Assembly: GCA_022605425.2 (NCBI GenBank) | Contig: JAKIMF020000013.1 | Span: 434,001-498,000, forward strand | Reading direction: 5' to 3' | Source of the DNA: Hamiltosporidium tvaerminnensis FI-OER-3-3 | Lineage: Eukaryota > Fungi > Microsporidia | Length of the DNA stretch: 64,000 nucleotides | Shown: positions 23,191 to 36,946 of the stretch, piece after piece | Layout: each line of letters begins with the position of its first letter | Position numbering within the stretch: position 1 is the stretch's first letter | Program-made: the position numbers and the translations under genes | The notes under the pieces: model-generated | Told to the model about the DNA's origin: nothing | Seen by the model: the letters and a program-made list of their open reading frames with translations, nothing else | Database searches by the model: none

Positions 23191-26100
23191 TAGATTATTA
23201 CACTAGTAACCTCTTCATGCTCTAAATTAAATATAGAACATATATAACTTTGTGAAATTTATAAATCCATAATAAATGTATAAGCAACAAAGAGATGATA
23301 TAATGGACATAATACAAAATACTAAGCATATATACAACTATAACATTTACTAATGATGACTTATAAGGATGCCTAGAAAATACGAAGACGCTTTCACACT
23401 AATTTGTTATATTAACCTATGTTTTTATTTTGACTTATACTTCTATTCTCTGAAAATTGAACTAGTTCTGAATACTATTTATGTCTAAAAGCCCCATAAA
23501 TTCATACTTTTTTTACCAATGACCCTGTTGTACTTTGAAAATTATTTCAATAAATATATTTTTTATAAGAATTTTTCCTTAACTTTTATTTCTATTTATA
23601 GTTTCTTAGTAAACTTTTTACCTTTTCAAAAAAATGACAAATTTATAAAAAAATTGTTTCTAAGTTTAGTATCAAATGAATCAAAATTATATTTAATTTA
23701 AAAGCTTTAAAAAAGTGAAAGTACGAATAAGCCGCACATATCTCTAATAACACATTCGGAAATATTTATTTATGCGTTTTATAAGACATATGATGATTTG
23801 ATCAATCAAAAATCAAGATTTGATTTTAACTTAAGAAAATAGCTATTTTTTCAATATCAAATATATTATATGTTTTTGGATAAAATACTCTTTATATTTG
23901 GTAAATCGATTCAGAATATATGTTCTTATAAAATAGAAAATGATTTTTTAAAGAAAAAAAGAACGAATACAAAAGTATGAGTTAAAATTTTAGAGTATTT
24001 ATAGTTGTATTCACATAATAGGTGTATTAGCAAAAAAAAATACATAAATTGGCTCGTGAAATCAATTTTATGGTAAACTTAAATGCTTTCACAATAAATT
24101 TAGATTCATTCTTATTTATACTTAGATTGTATTTATTAAATATGTCTAAAATATGTTTAAATATAAGAAACTGCGGATATATTTGATAAAACTAGGAAAG
24201 AAATACTTTCCAGAGTGTCATAATACAATAATAATCGTATAACATTCCCAGAATTGTAAATAAAAATATTAAAAACCATTATCTTATCTCTTCCTATTAA
24301 TTTTCAATTTTTTTTATTCAAATTTTTCTCAGGTTTTTCTGGTGCTTATTGTTTCAAAGCTGTAACCAAATATAAAATATAGTAAAAATTAAGTCATTTA
24401 ACCGCAAAATATTATAGAAAATTATTTCATAGGCTTGAATATATAAGGTGTTATAGTTATCGAAAAAAATATATGTATACTTCAAAAATTTGTTTTAACA
24501 CAAATACTCTATGATTCATATAAATCCGAAGCTATTTTACATATATTCAAAGATTATAGCTAAAATTAATATTGTGAGAAAAAAATACAGATTTAATCTA
24601 TCTTTAAATTTACACTTGTTTTAAAATATTTTCACATATTCATCTGAGATCATATCGAAAATCAAAAAAAAAATCTTTAATTTTATAAAAGTATTTTCAA
24701 TTAACTCATAGTCATATCATATAAAAATTTTTAGATAAAACAAGCGCTTAATTTTTTTTACAAATCTATTTTTATCGTTGAAAATTGTAGTTCAAATTAT
24801 TTATAAACTTATTGCATTTGATTAAAATTTAAATATAAACAATTTAAATAACTATTTTTCTTGAGCAATTTTAGATCTATATCTGCAAAAGTAAAATTTT
24901 GTTGTTACATTACAATTCACGAGTTATAGTTTTAAATTTAATTTTCTTTTCATAATATAATGCAATAAAAGTTTAATACAATTATTTTAATGCCAATTTA
25001 TAAACGATTCGAGTTTTTCATGTTCTATAGCTGGATGAAGGAAAAAAACGAAACTATAAGAAATTTCATTCTATCAAACAAATCGGCAAAAATAATACAA
25101 CACATGAAAACATTGAATTATATTTATAAAAAATACAGCGAAAATTCTAATAATATGAAAATATTGCCTAATATAGGTTATCTATAACAATACGTACAAA
25201 TAATTACATCCTTTTTTAAAATTCCTAGATTAATATTAAACAAATGATTTTAAAACAAACAAAAAGAAATATAAATCAAATTCAATACTAAATAAAGAAA
25301 AATTCTAAATTATTTTTTAAAATCATATTTTAGTATAAAACGAACTAATGATGATTATTTTCAATATATTTATGAACCATAAAAATTATCACTGTATAAT
25401 ATTTACACTATAAAATATTTTTTGTATGATATTTATTTAAATTCTAAAATTTTTTATTTAAAAAATCAGAGCAATAACACATTATTGCTTAATTTAATTG
25501 TAAAAATGTTAAAAGAAACTTATTTTTGAGTAGTTCGGTGTTAAAGTTTTAAATCAAAATTTGTTATATAGATTATGTTTTGTCTTAGGTAAAAAGAGGT
25601 GTGTGTTAAGATAAAAAAGCAAAAAACAGTTCTGTACAATTTGAAAGAAAAAATAGGGACAGATCTCTGCTTGTTAACAATCCTATTCAATATATGGAAA
25701 ATACTTCATATTATCTAGAAGCAGCAAATGATTAACTTTCATCAAAAATAGCTATTTTAGCTGTGAATTATTATTCACTATCTTAAATTATTTCCAATAT
25801 GTTTAAGATTCTTAAACTTATAATAAAGAATCTAATCTGATGTAAAAAATCTTCGATTTATATATTTCATAGCAAAATAACTAAAGCTTGGTTTTTGTAA
25901 AAGTTTATATAGGAATCATAGAAATATAGATTTTAATCAGTATTTTTACAAATTATATTGAGTTGTAATATGTTCAAATATTAATAAAGAAGTTAAAATG
26001 TTGATGTATAATTGCTTTAGAACTTATGCATCTATGAAAAAATTATATAAGACATAGTTAAAAAAATTGATATTTCAAAGAGAAATTTTTTTTCATGTTC

Positions 26101-29100
26101 ATTGTAAAATCTTGAGTCTTTTTTTCAAGTATAAAAAAATTAAAACAGGAAGTTTAAACCAAATTCGGATAGATTAGAGTTAAGATTGACTTGAAAGCAA
26201 GAAAGGATTAAGAAGAAGACTGGTTTGTGGGTTTAAAGTTTTTTCTCCATAATATTAAATTATACACTTTAATTATAATCTATGATTTAATCTTAATACA
26301 AGTAGGCAAAGAAGTATAATTAGAGATTTAATACATATAAATCAAAAAAAATAAATAAAAGCTTACTATATCAAAATTACAGTTTATATTTAAATACTGG
26401 CATATAAATATATCACAGTATTGATACATATGTGAAAAATTTAAAACTTAATAAATTAAAATATAAAATAAACTTATTACGCATTTTAAATACATTTTGG
26501 ATCTGCTACGAGAATGGAAATAATTAATGAATTTTTTTTTCTTGAGGGTATAAATCGTAAAAATTTATTTTAACAGAGTTTAGATTGCAATAATCCACAA
26601 AAATATAGTTTAATTGGATTTATAGTTTTGCTCCCGATATAACATGAGATTACTCACCAGTCAACTCTGATTTTTAGAAATTTGTAGGATTTACATGTTT
26701 ATAACCTATATAAGATTTGCGAATTATATTACTTTGTCCTGTGAACAAACATAAGAATTTTTACACATTTTTATTTATTGAAACAAGCGGTGCTATGTTT
26801 GTTTATATTTTTATATTTTAATCGGTTTAGACAATTTTTATTTCAAAAATGTGTTTCAAAGTACTATGCCTTTTTAAAATATGACATATATCAGAAAAAT
26901 TTATTAAAAAGGGATATTTATTTATGTAATTGATATTAATAGGCTAACATAATTTTTTATTAACCTTTTTAAGATTAAACTATTGTCGCAAAGTTTTAAA
27001 AATATATTAGATTGAAATTTATTATAAAATAAACATGTTTTATTCACAGGAACAATACATTAGAAGAAATTATGTATATTTTTTGAAGTATTAAAAAATT
27101 GTATATTAATTGCATATCATTGTAATTTTCAAAACGTTAGTTTTATAGAGTAAATAAATTTATACTAAATCATAAAAATATATTGAATTTTTTTCGAAAC
27201 ATATGTGAAATATTTTCCGAATGGTCTCTCTACATCAAATTTGTGTAAGTTAATTAGTTGCGGCCTAAAATACTTTTGAAAAATCCATAATTATGATAAA
27301 ATATTTTCTAACCCATCTATCAAACGTGTATTGCAGGCATATATACTTTAAAAACATAATTTATATCTATTTGAAATTAAAAAGATTTATTTTCAATCAA
27401 CTATAAATCGAGTATCAAATTAACCAATAGATAATTCTTAGGAACTAAAATGTACTTATTTTTATTTTTTAAATATTTTGGAGTAAAACCAATTATATAT
27501 TTAAACAATACATGAAACCTTACGAAAAAGACTACTTCGCAGAAATTTATATAAAATCATCTTTATTTCATAGTAATCTTTATAATATTTTATACTGAAC
27601 GAATTAAATTACTAAACATAAAGCAGATTAAACCATGTCTCGCAGAATAAAAATTTAAAGTGCGTGTTTGTTAGAAAAACGTACAAAGAGCAAAAAAAAT
27701 CCGAAAAAAACTTTCAATTGCAAAAGAAAGTGAAAAAACAGAAATATATACGTGACACAACTATATAACATGTATTTAAAGTTATTTAGATAGTTTTTAG
27801 CTTATCCTGATTTTTCAAAATTAATATAGATTTTTAATAAAAAAGCCCATATATTTTTACAGGGTAAAATATTTTTCGATTTGCATGAGACTATATCGAT
27901 CCAGCCTTTTTTGGGGTATACCACGATCCAATTCAAAATACGCCAATAACATATTGCTTAAAATCACTTTGACACGAAAGTAAGGCATTAGTTTTTTAAA
28001 ATGTGATATATTGTTAGTATGTGATATAAATTTCTGGTATTGTTATAATCTGCTCAAAGTTTCGCTTCATATAACATTATAAGAGTTTCCTATTAGAAAA
28101 AAATTATTTTTGTGACAAAACGAATTCACTTGAAGATACGGAAGAAATTGATTTAGATATGTTATGTTTCGTTAATGGTATAAGTTATTACCTTAAATTT
28201 CGTTGCAAAGTTCAAATTTAAACTCTCGATGATGAATTTCATATTAAGCTTTTATATGAATATTTTTAGCGCAAATACTGCATTCAATTAAAACTGCTCA
28301 GCTTTCATATCGAATTTGATTCTTTTGTAATTTTTGGCACTTATGGTTCAATTTAGGGTATACTTTTGAATTCTCATTCAAAAGCAAGAAAAATACGCAA
28401 TTTAAATTCAAAAAATCATTTTTCGCCATTAAAACCGCCATGTATTTAATTATATCTTATCTTTATCATCGAAATTTATTAATAAAATATTATGCGACAT
28501 AATAAAACAATCATAAAATATTTCAAATGGTAGATTATAAAATAAATTTATGCTTCAAAAATACAAAAATCACGAATAATTGAAATTAAAGAATTTTTAA
28601 TCTATGGATATTTTTTGAAAAATTAATGTAAGTAAAAGCTACAAGAGTGTATGCTTTTTCTCGGAATGGGTTAAAAAGGTAATGCTTCTTAATTAAGGTT
28701 AATTACAGCTTATGTATTTTTAATGTTATAATAACCGGATTGAATAGACAGGATGTTTTTTTAATGGCAATATACGCAATTAATTAATGTATAAACATCA
28801 TGGGAAATATATAGATGTTCATCATAAATAAATTGGGTTTTATGGTAAACATTTTAAAGTGTGCTTAATATTTCCTGAAATTAAAATACCGATATGACAG
28901 AATTATAAACAAACTCTGATATTTTGTAGTGATCTTAACGAATCTGTGTATTTAATTTTGAGTGTAAAATAAACAGTGATGATGAATACGGCAAAAAATA
29001 AGGAATATCATGATCAAAATAATTCATAATTTAGAGCTTAAAATCTGATTATGATAACATTAATGTTTTGCGCTTTTTCACAAACAAATCCAGTAAAAAC

Positions 29101-30325
29101 ATTATAAATTACTTCTTATCATTTTTTAATAAACCATTAATAACTGAACGAGATAAATTCTTTTATTTCTTAAGTCTTTGTAGATATAAATACAAAAATA
29201 TGTTCATTTTTTTCTTTTACAAAATTTTAAAACACTTTTTCTTTGTGCATGTCGTTTAATTTTTCGAAGCGTCGAGGAAGATACAAGAGAAGTCTCGCTT
29301 TATTTTAATATCTTGAATTTTTGTTCTAAGATTATGCAACTTAATTCATATATGTTAAAATTAATAAATTTTTACTTCGACAATTGCACCCAGCCTTCAT
29401 TATATAATCGAAGTCTTTATGTGCAAAAAAATTGCGATAAAACTTAATTTATATTCCTACTGATATTTTTCAAATTTTTAAATGCATTGAAACCAAAACT
29501 ATTCAGATTTTTAATATGATTTCAATGATGTTTAAATACATTAATTCTTTTGTATTGCTCATTTTGAGATTTGCTGGTTTGATATTTGCGAACTAATAAA
29601 TAAAGTAATTCCGCTGAATTCGCAATTTTTTGGAATACTTAACACTATTAAATGCCGACTTATGTCTATACATTAAAACATAAAAACAAAAAGATTAGAA
29701 ATTTATAAAAATACATACTAATTTCGATATTAAGTTTTAAAAAGTAGAAATCTTTCAAGGGCCAATATTCACTTAAATCTCACACTTCATTGCAGATCGT
29801 TATCGAAAAAATGGTTTACATCTACAATTACATAGAGATCTTATAGAGATATTTTTTTTTTCTTTAAATAATATCGAAATCATATTTCATTGATATTGTC
29901 ATTTTATATTATATTTATAACTGAGTTTTTTGTATCGTTATTATTTTTTGCCTTGGCTATTATTATATATAAGTATACCACTATAATTTAATTTAAATTA
30001 TTGAAATGCAAAGAATTTAAAACTATTTATTCTTAGATTACTTGCAGATATTTGAATATAGGGTTACATAGGTAAATCGATTTTGCGTGTTTCTTTCAGA
30101 AGAGCCTTACAGATTCTATTTTTTTTTCGAGAACTGTGAAATCTAATTTTTAAAATAGTTTTCAAAGGATAGGTATATATTTTTTAATTTTTCTTGATAA
30201 AACACGAAGCAAGAATTTAAAATTTCTTACTAATTTAAATTCTTAATCAATGTTTTGATTTAACTTATACCAAAGTACACTTATTAATTAGATAAAGAAA
30301 AATTAGGTCAAATATAGTTTTGCCT

Positions 30326-30548
30326 CGCGCTAATGGTCAAGTGGTTAGGATATCGGAATTTGCTTCCAAAGGCCGGTTTGATCTCCGGTTGGTGCACTCT
30401 TTATCTTTCGTTCAGAAATGTTTGCGTGTGGCTGATAACCTAACCTATCAGAATAAAAATGTCTTTGACCGCCTATAACTTTGCCAAGCTATAATTCATC
30501 GTTGGATTGTGTTCCATTTTTAGAGAAAAGGCGAGCTATTAAATAATA
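30326..30548 (+). mobile_element. tRNA-derived SINE with (TAA)n tail and 12-bp TSD
   Basis: tRNA-like head 30327-30396 (acceptor GCGCTAA/TTGGTGC, A box TGGTCAAGTGG, B-box-like GGTTTGATCTCC); ATAGTTTTGCCT at 30314-30325 and 30549-30560. Confidence 0.8.
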
Positions 30549-31194
30549 ATAGTTTTGCCTGAAAATCTCTACACTTATTTACTTAAACAATTATTTACAT
30601 GCAGTTCTGATCCATCTTACTCAACATTATTCCAAATTCATGATGCATTGAAATACTTCCTTAAGGGAAATTCTATTTTCTTTTACACAACAAGTTATTC
30701 CGAATGAAATAACAAAAGATAAAAATGTATCTTTCGAAAGTAGATATTATATCATGATTGCGAATCTATTCACATTTGCTATTTGCCACGAAATTTTCTT
30801 GATATTAAAACAAACACTGCATAAATTGCGAATGAATGGTATAATTACTAAAAAAATATCATTCTTTTGTTTAAATATGAAAAAAAAATCTCCTTCATGA
30901 TATTACTTAGAACCAAGATAAATAATAACGCGATAACTTGATAAAATAGTGTTTAAAACAGGAAATTTAAATATCTCTTCGACAAATATTAAGATCTTGC
31001 AATTTTTTTATTAAAAAAAGCACATATCTAAAATGACTTACTTATATTCATACATCTTTAGTTAAAACAAATAAATGTATAAAATTTTAATTAGAAGAAA
31101 TGAAGCTTTCTAAATATTTTTTTATTTTTTATACATTTACTATTCCACAATGGAAATTAAATCAAAAAAATATAATTAACCTTATATCAGGCAT

Positions 31195-32460
31195 AAATTT
31201 TTAATACATCAAATTTAAAATAAAGTATGAAATTTATTTCTATGAAATGTGGTTTCTACATTATAAACATTTCTAAACTTGAAATTTAACTTTGTGTAGA
31301 ATCAGTTCTATTTCCAAATTTTGTACCAATTTATTAAGAGAATAAGTAATTTGAATCTAGAACAATACAATTCACAACCAATTTCATTAAAGACATTGTT
31401 TTTATTATTATCACCTTCCATAAATAGACCTAAGAATATCATAGAATAGTCTGAATAAACAAATTTTCCTAATCCGGAAACAAATTTGTTCAAAAAAAAA
31501 GTATTTATAGAGCGAAAAAACCCAGAAAATATGAAAAATTCAGAAGCGATATCTTCTTCTGAAATAGCGGAATAGAAAAATGGAACCGATGCTTATTAGA
31601 TAGGTCTGTGCATCGGTATAAAAATTATTATAGAGCAAATAAAAGATAAATATGGGGAGGGGGGTTTATTTTTAATGAAAACTTATTGGAACCGAAGTAA
31701 GAGAAGAAAATGAAAATAGGATATCTGCTTAGAACAACAGAAATTATGTTTTCTGTTCGAAGTAGAAATGCAAATGGAGGAATGGTGATAAATCGAAGGA
31801 TTCGGTCTTATGGTTAAGATAGAATTTATCTTACGAACCGAATAGACATTGTGCTCAAATAAGTGTTTATTATGAACTTTTAGAAATAGTAAATGATATT
31901 TGAAACTTATAGAAAGTCGATATACTATGGTTTTTAGTTTAAAGAACTAATGATTGCCCGAAAATCTTAAAAAAAAGAAATTAAAGTTGAAATTTTGAAA
32001 TATAGTCAGCCCCCTCCCCGTCAAAGAAATTTATAGCAGAAATGACGAAGAAAAATGAAATTTCCTGGCCATATAAAAAATTTATTATTCAAACTAAAAA
32101 AAAAATTAGATTATAACCTTAAAAAAGAATAAAACTTAAAATGAAAGAATAATATTGATAACAATGAAGCTGAAAATATTAACTAAAGAAACAAATGAAA
32201 ATGAAAATTTGTGAAGACTTTGATAGATAAATATATGTTTGATTTAAACTTAAATTATTCCGAAATTAAAGAAAAATGTAAAAGCCTCTTTATAAACTAA
32301 AATATCTTCAGCAATAAATCAGGGAACAGGACAAATTATAATCATATAGAATTATAAGAAATCACTAACTAGATAGGTAAAGAACTAAACTAAAAAAAAG
32401 ATTATATTCTAACTTAAGCTAAATTTATAAGTACCAATGTTCAAAACTACCTTTCAAATA
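31195..32460. repeat. Family C dispersed repeat, copy 2
   Basis: Direct repeat of 21915-23190. Confidence 0.8.
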
Positions 32461-32964
32461 TTCGAATTTTTATAATAAAAACCTGTTAAATCTGAAAGAT
32501 AAATTCATAAACACACAAATCCTTGGGAAATATACTAATCAATATCACATGAATGAGAAACAAAAAGGATTCAAATAGCATTATTTTAAATACAGAGTAT
32601 GTATCTAAAAGAAAGTGAAACACAGTATGACTTATAATGATATATTGAATTATCAAGCTGAATTTAATATCCATTGATATTAAACCGTATTTAAACAATG
32701 TTCTGATAAGTTGTATTTCCTGGAAAGTAGAGCGATGTTCTGAATTTTCATTGATATTCGCAATGCAACAAAAATTTATTTCAGATTTATCAATGAACCG
32801 TTAATCTAGATACATAATAATTTCAATAAAAATTTTCTAATGATTCCTTTTCTTAACGTTTGTTTCTATTTATAAATTTTTTATTGAACTTTCTCAAAGT
32901 TTTTTAAAAAATAAAAAATGCATAAGAAATTTGTTTCTAAGTTTGTAAAATATCAAACAATGTT

Positions 32965-33691
32965 TTTATTTAAAAGTATCACATCTTTTTAAAATAGTGG
33001 CAAGTGTTATATTTGTTTTCATGACATTAATGCAGTTCTAGGTTTAACATAAATAACTGCTACCCCAACACTCCATAAGTACCCCCTGCGATACCTACGT
33101 TCCAAAGCCTTTCATCTATCAGGTGTATAGAACCTAATTAATAGGCTAGGCAGTTGCCCGGAGTTCGTTAATGTCCGTTGCATGGAGTGTGATCGAAGGC
33201 CGAAGCCCCCCTGGGCTCCCCCAAGACTATGCAGCATTCCCACTTACTCTACACTTGCGGAACCCAATAAACTTCTAGCTAAGATATATTTCATAGACTT
33301 ACATGGGGTCCACCTAGACAGTGCATTGCATACCAACAACTATAACCTGCCTTTTAGCTCTCCCGGCTTTTAATGGTTTTGATTTTTATATATCCCAGGC
33401 GCTAAGTCTTCTAACCCGAGTTAACAATGCTAGGTTTCCACGCTTTTACATGTCAATTGCCTACATTTTCTGCTGCGGTCTGAAATCTAGTTACATAAAA
33501 AACTACAAATAAATTTGTAGAAAAATTTCGCCATTTCGTAGACCTTCTCTTCCTTATACAAACTCCCAAAGAACAACCGAAGATGAGGTGGGGTTTTATT
33601 CCCACCAAAAATCCAAACAATGATCCTCACACCAGTTTCACACACTCATTGCCAAGCAGAAAGTTTTTTATGTGGTTATCCTCCCTCCACA
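32965..33691 (-). mobile_element. Family A retroposon, full length, with 14-bp TSD
   Basis: AACAATGTTTTTAT at 32956-32969 and 33693-33706. Confidence 0.9.
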
Positions 33692-34180
33692 TAACAATGT
33701 TTTTATAGAAATATTTTAACAAAATTTTATTGCTCAATATTTAATGCATATACTTAACCTTAACCGATAGAGTATATGAGTGTAAAATTAGGGTGCTTTA
33801 ATACAAGAGCATTTCAAATTCGATATTGAATTATTGAAAACAGTCATTTAAAATCCAAAATAATATTTTAGCAAATATCAAATTCAACATCGTATTTCAT
33901 GAAAGTATAAACAAATATAATTTCTCTGGAAATCAAAAATATTTTTGTGCGAAATGAAAAATACAAATAAAATAAAAATTTAAATATTTCTTTAAAAAAT
34001 TTCTGTTAAACGCCAGAAGTTTAAATAATAAAGAACAAATTATAAGAAGCATGAAATTATAAATTTACTTTCACTGATCTGAGAATCAATAAGTTGAACA
34101 TCTATTGATCTGTGATTTGATATTATTAAATCGATTTTCTAATTTACATTATAAAATTAAGAATCTAAAAATAACTTATA

Positions 34181-35932
34181 CTCCCTCTGTCCGGAAATAT
34201 GGTATACATTTCAAAAAAACCGTAGATTATCGTGAATATAAAAAATAAATAGGCAACAGTCATGATATTGTGATAGTAAATATTCATGACAATATAACCT
34301 AAAATATTTGACTTTAGTAATATCATTCTTAGTTAAAAAGTTACCGCTCAAAAATCAGTGTTTCTTAAGGTAAAAAAAATTAGTACCGCTGCAAGACGAA
34401 TATGGAAAATGTGGAAGGAAATTTGTTGAATTTAGAAAAAAGAGATTCAAAATATAAAGAGTTAACCAAAGAACAACGTCAAGGTATTTTAGAAAAATTA
34501 TTACAGCAGATGAAGGAGAATAAGTTAAAACATCGGGCCATCAACGAAGTTTCTTCTGCCTTTCAAGTTTCCCGGCTAAACGATAGCGGAATTTGGCATG
34601 CAGCACAAACTCAATACAGAAAGGGCAAGGTATATGCCGATGTTTCTTCAAAAAAGAAAAAAAGATGCGGAAGAAAACCTAAAGAATATTTGAACAATTT
34701 AGCGCAAATAAAGAATCCACCATTAAATCGTCGAAGAACGCTTCGAAGTCTTTCCATTGCAATTTATATTCCAAAATCAACTTTTTTTGATATATTCAAG
34801 TCGGGAAGGTCTATCAAGAGAATATCTTCTACAGTTAAACCAACTTTAACAGATAAAAATAAAATGGACAGATTGAAATTTTGCTTGTCTAAAATAAATC
34901 TTGCTAATAATGGAGATTTACTTTTTGATGATTTGTACGACTACGTTCACGAGTATGAAAAGTGGTTTTATCTAACTAAAGTCAAGCGCTCTTATTAATT
35001 TATGTTAAACGAAGAAAAACCGGAGAGAAACTGCAAAAGTAAGCGATATATTACGAAAATAATGTTCATGGCTGCAGTAGCTCGACCACGCTATGATGCA
35101 CATCGAAAGCTTTATTTTGATGGGAAAATTGGAATATGGCCATTTGTTTATTAAGAACCAACTCAAATAAATTCTAAGAATAGGGCTAAAGAGAAAGATA
35201 ACAAAAAATCGTGAATCTGTTACAGCAGTACATTGCAAAAACATGATCATTGATAATGTAATTTCCGCAATTAAATCTAAATTTCCGCCAGCATACAAAA
35301 AGAAAACAATTTACGTACAACAAGACAATACAAAACCCCATTTTTCTGATAATGATGCAGATATTGTCGCTCTTGGTTCTGCTGATGACTGGAATATTAA
35401 ATTTAAGGCGCAACCGGCAAATAGCTTCTATTTAAATGTTCTTGATTTTGGTTTTTTCAACTCCATACAATCGCTGCAATATGCAGCTTCACCACACACA
35501 ATTGACGAATTAATAAATTGTGTTTAAGATGCATTTAATCAATTAGAAGCTAATACTCTCGATAACGTTTTTACAACATTGCAAGCATGTATGGAGTCAA
35601 TTATGTTAGCAGATGGAGGAAATGGTTATAAAATACCTCATTTAAGTAAAGGAAAACTTCGTCGCGAAGGTCGACTGCTAGAAAAATATGTATGTTCCAA
35701 AGAAGAATACGTTAAAGCCAAATCAAATTTTAAGTGAATTATTAATTTTAATATATATTTTTTTAACTTTTATTTAATATTTAGATTAATATTTATTAAA
35801 ACGTTCGAAAAAGGTAATATAATAAACTTGTCATGTACATTTTTTGATTTATTATATTGTTTCGTAAATGTATACCATATTTCCGGACAAAAAAATTGCT
35901 AAAATGTGTACCATATTTACGGACAGAGGGTG
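34181..35932 (+). mobile_element. Tc1/mariner DNA transposon, DD39D (plant-type mariner), decayed
   Basis: 31-bp TIR CTCCCTCTGTCCGGAAATATGGTATACATTT preceded by TA; imperfect inverse at 35902-35932; extra subterminal copy at 35866-35889. Confidence 0.9.
34402..35737 (+). pseudogene. DD39D transposase pseudogene
   Basis: EKWFYLT (first D appears mutated to Y), FMAAVARPR, GKIGIWP, QQDN-39 aa-VLDFGFF, GGNGYKIPH; internal stops and a frameshift. Confidence 0.9.
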
Positions 35933-36946
35933 AATATAATTTAAAATAACTATTTTTTTTAAATTTCATTTAGTAAGAGTCACAATATCATTATTTATTT
36001 TCAAATAAAAAATCAATAAAATTATTTAATATACTCATTAAAAAGTAAAATTTATTTATTTCATGGGATTTTCTCGTAAGAAATCTTTTTATATCCCAAT
36101 ATTCCATAAAGAGACTAAACAATGAGAGAAATATGACCGAACAAATTAAATTAAAAGTTTTAAAAATAAACGAAAACATGATTTCAATAGAAAATACTTA
36201 ACTAGTATAGATTCTGTTGTAAAAATATATTTTTTAAAAGTAAGATACGACACAGAAAATATATTTGTTTAATTTTCTGTTCAAAAGAATTTTAGATGGA
36301 GGATAAACATTTGAATTGTACAAAAAAAATATTAATGTTTTTTTTGATTGAAAATTTACTGTTAGAATCTTTTTTTGACTAACCTATTTAATTGTTATAA
36401 ATTTAAATTTTTAATTTAATTTACTTTTAAATTCTATTAAAGTACTAAACAGGCAGATTTAAAAGTTTTCCTTCAAAATAAATTTGATAAATTTATTTTT
36501 CGAAAACATATTTGAAGAGCAAAATCGTATTTTTTTTAATAGAAACTATTTTCAATGATTAAAATTTAAAAGTAAAAAATCTAGAAAAGGATTTTTTCTA
36601 ATTGTAAGGTTTAAAATCAAAATAATATAATTTCGAGTTTTAAAGATTTAAACCGCATTCACAAAGTATTCGTTTAATTTCATCATCACATTAGAATAAG
36701 AATAAATTAAGACCTCTATGCGTCATTTGAATTATTGCAATATACTTTGGTATCTAGTTAAAAGATTTCCGCCTGAGTAAAATATTAATTTGAACGAGGC
36801 TGGAATATATTACGTAAGAATAGAAACCTTTGAACTAAGGATGGATTAGGATTAACTAAATAGATATAAAACTAGCCAAAATAAAGAATATAAGCCTGAT
36901 ATAAGCATTTTTCATACAGAGATGCAATATTATAGCTAAGAAAAGA

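Noticed and set aside
30327-30396. Functional tRNA gene (Gln-TTG-like)
   Set aside because: Mismatched anticodon stem, non-canonical T loop and shortened arms; enclosed with a body and tail by a TSD.
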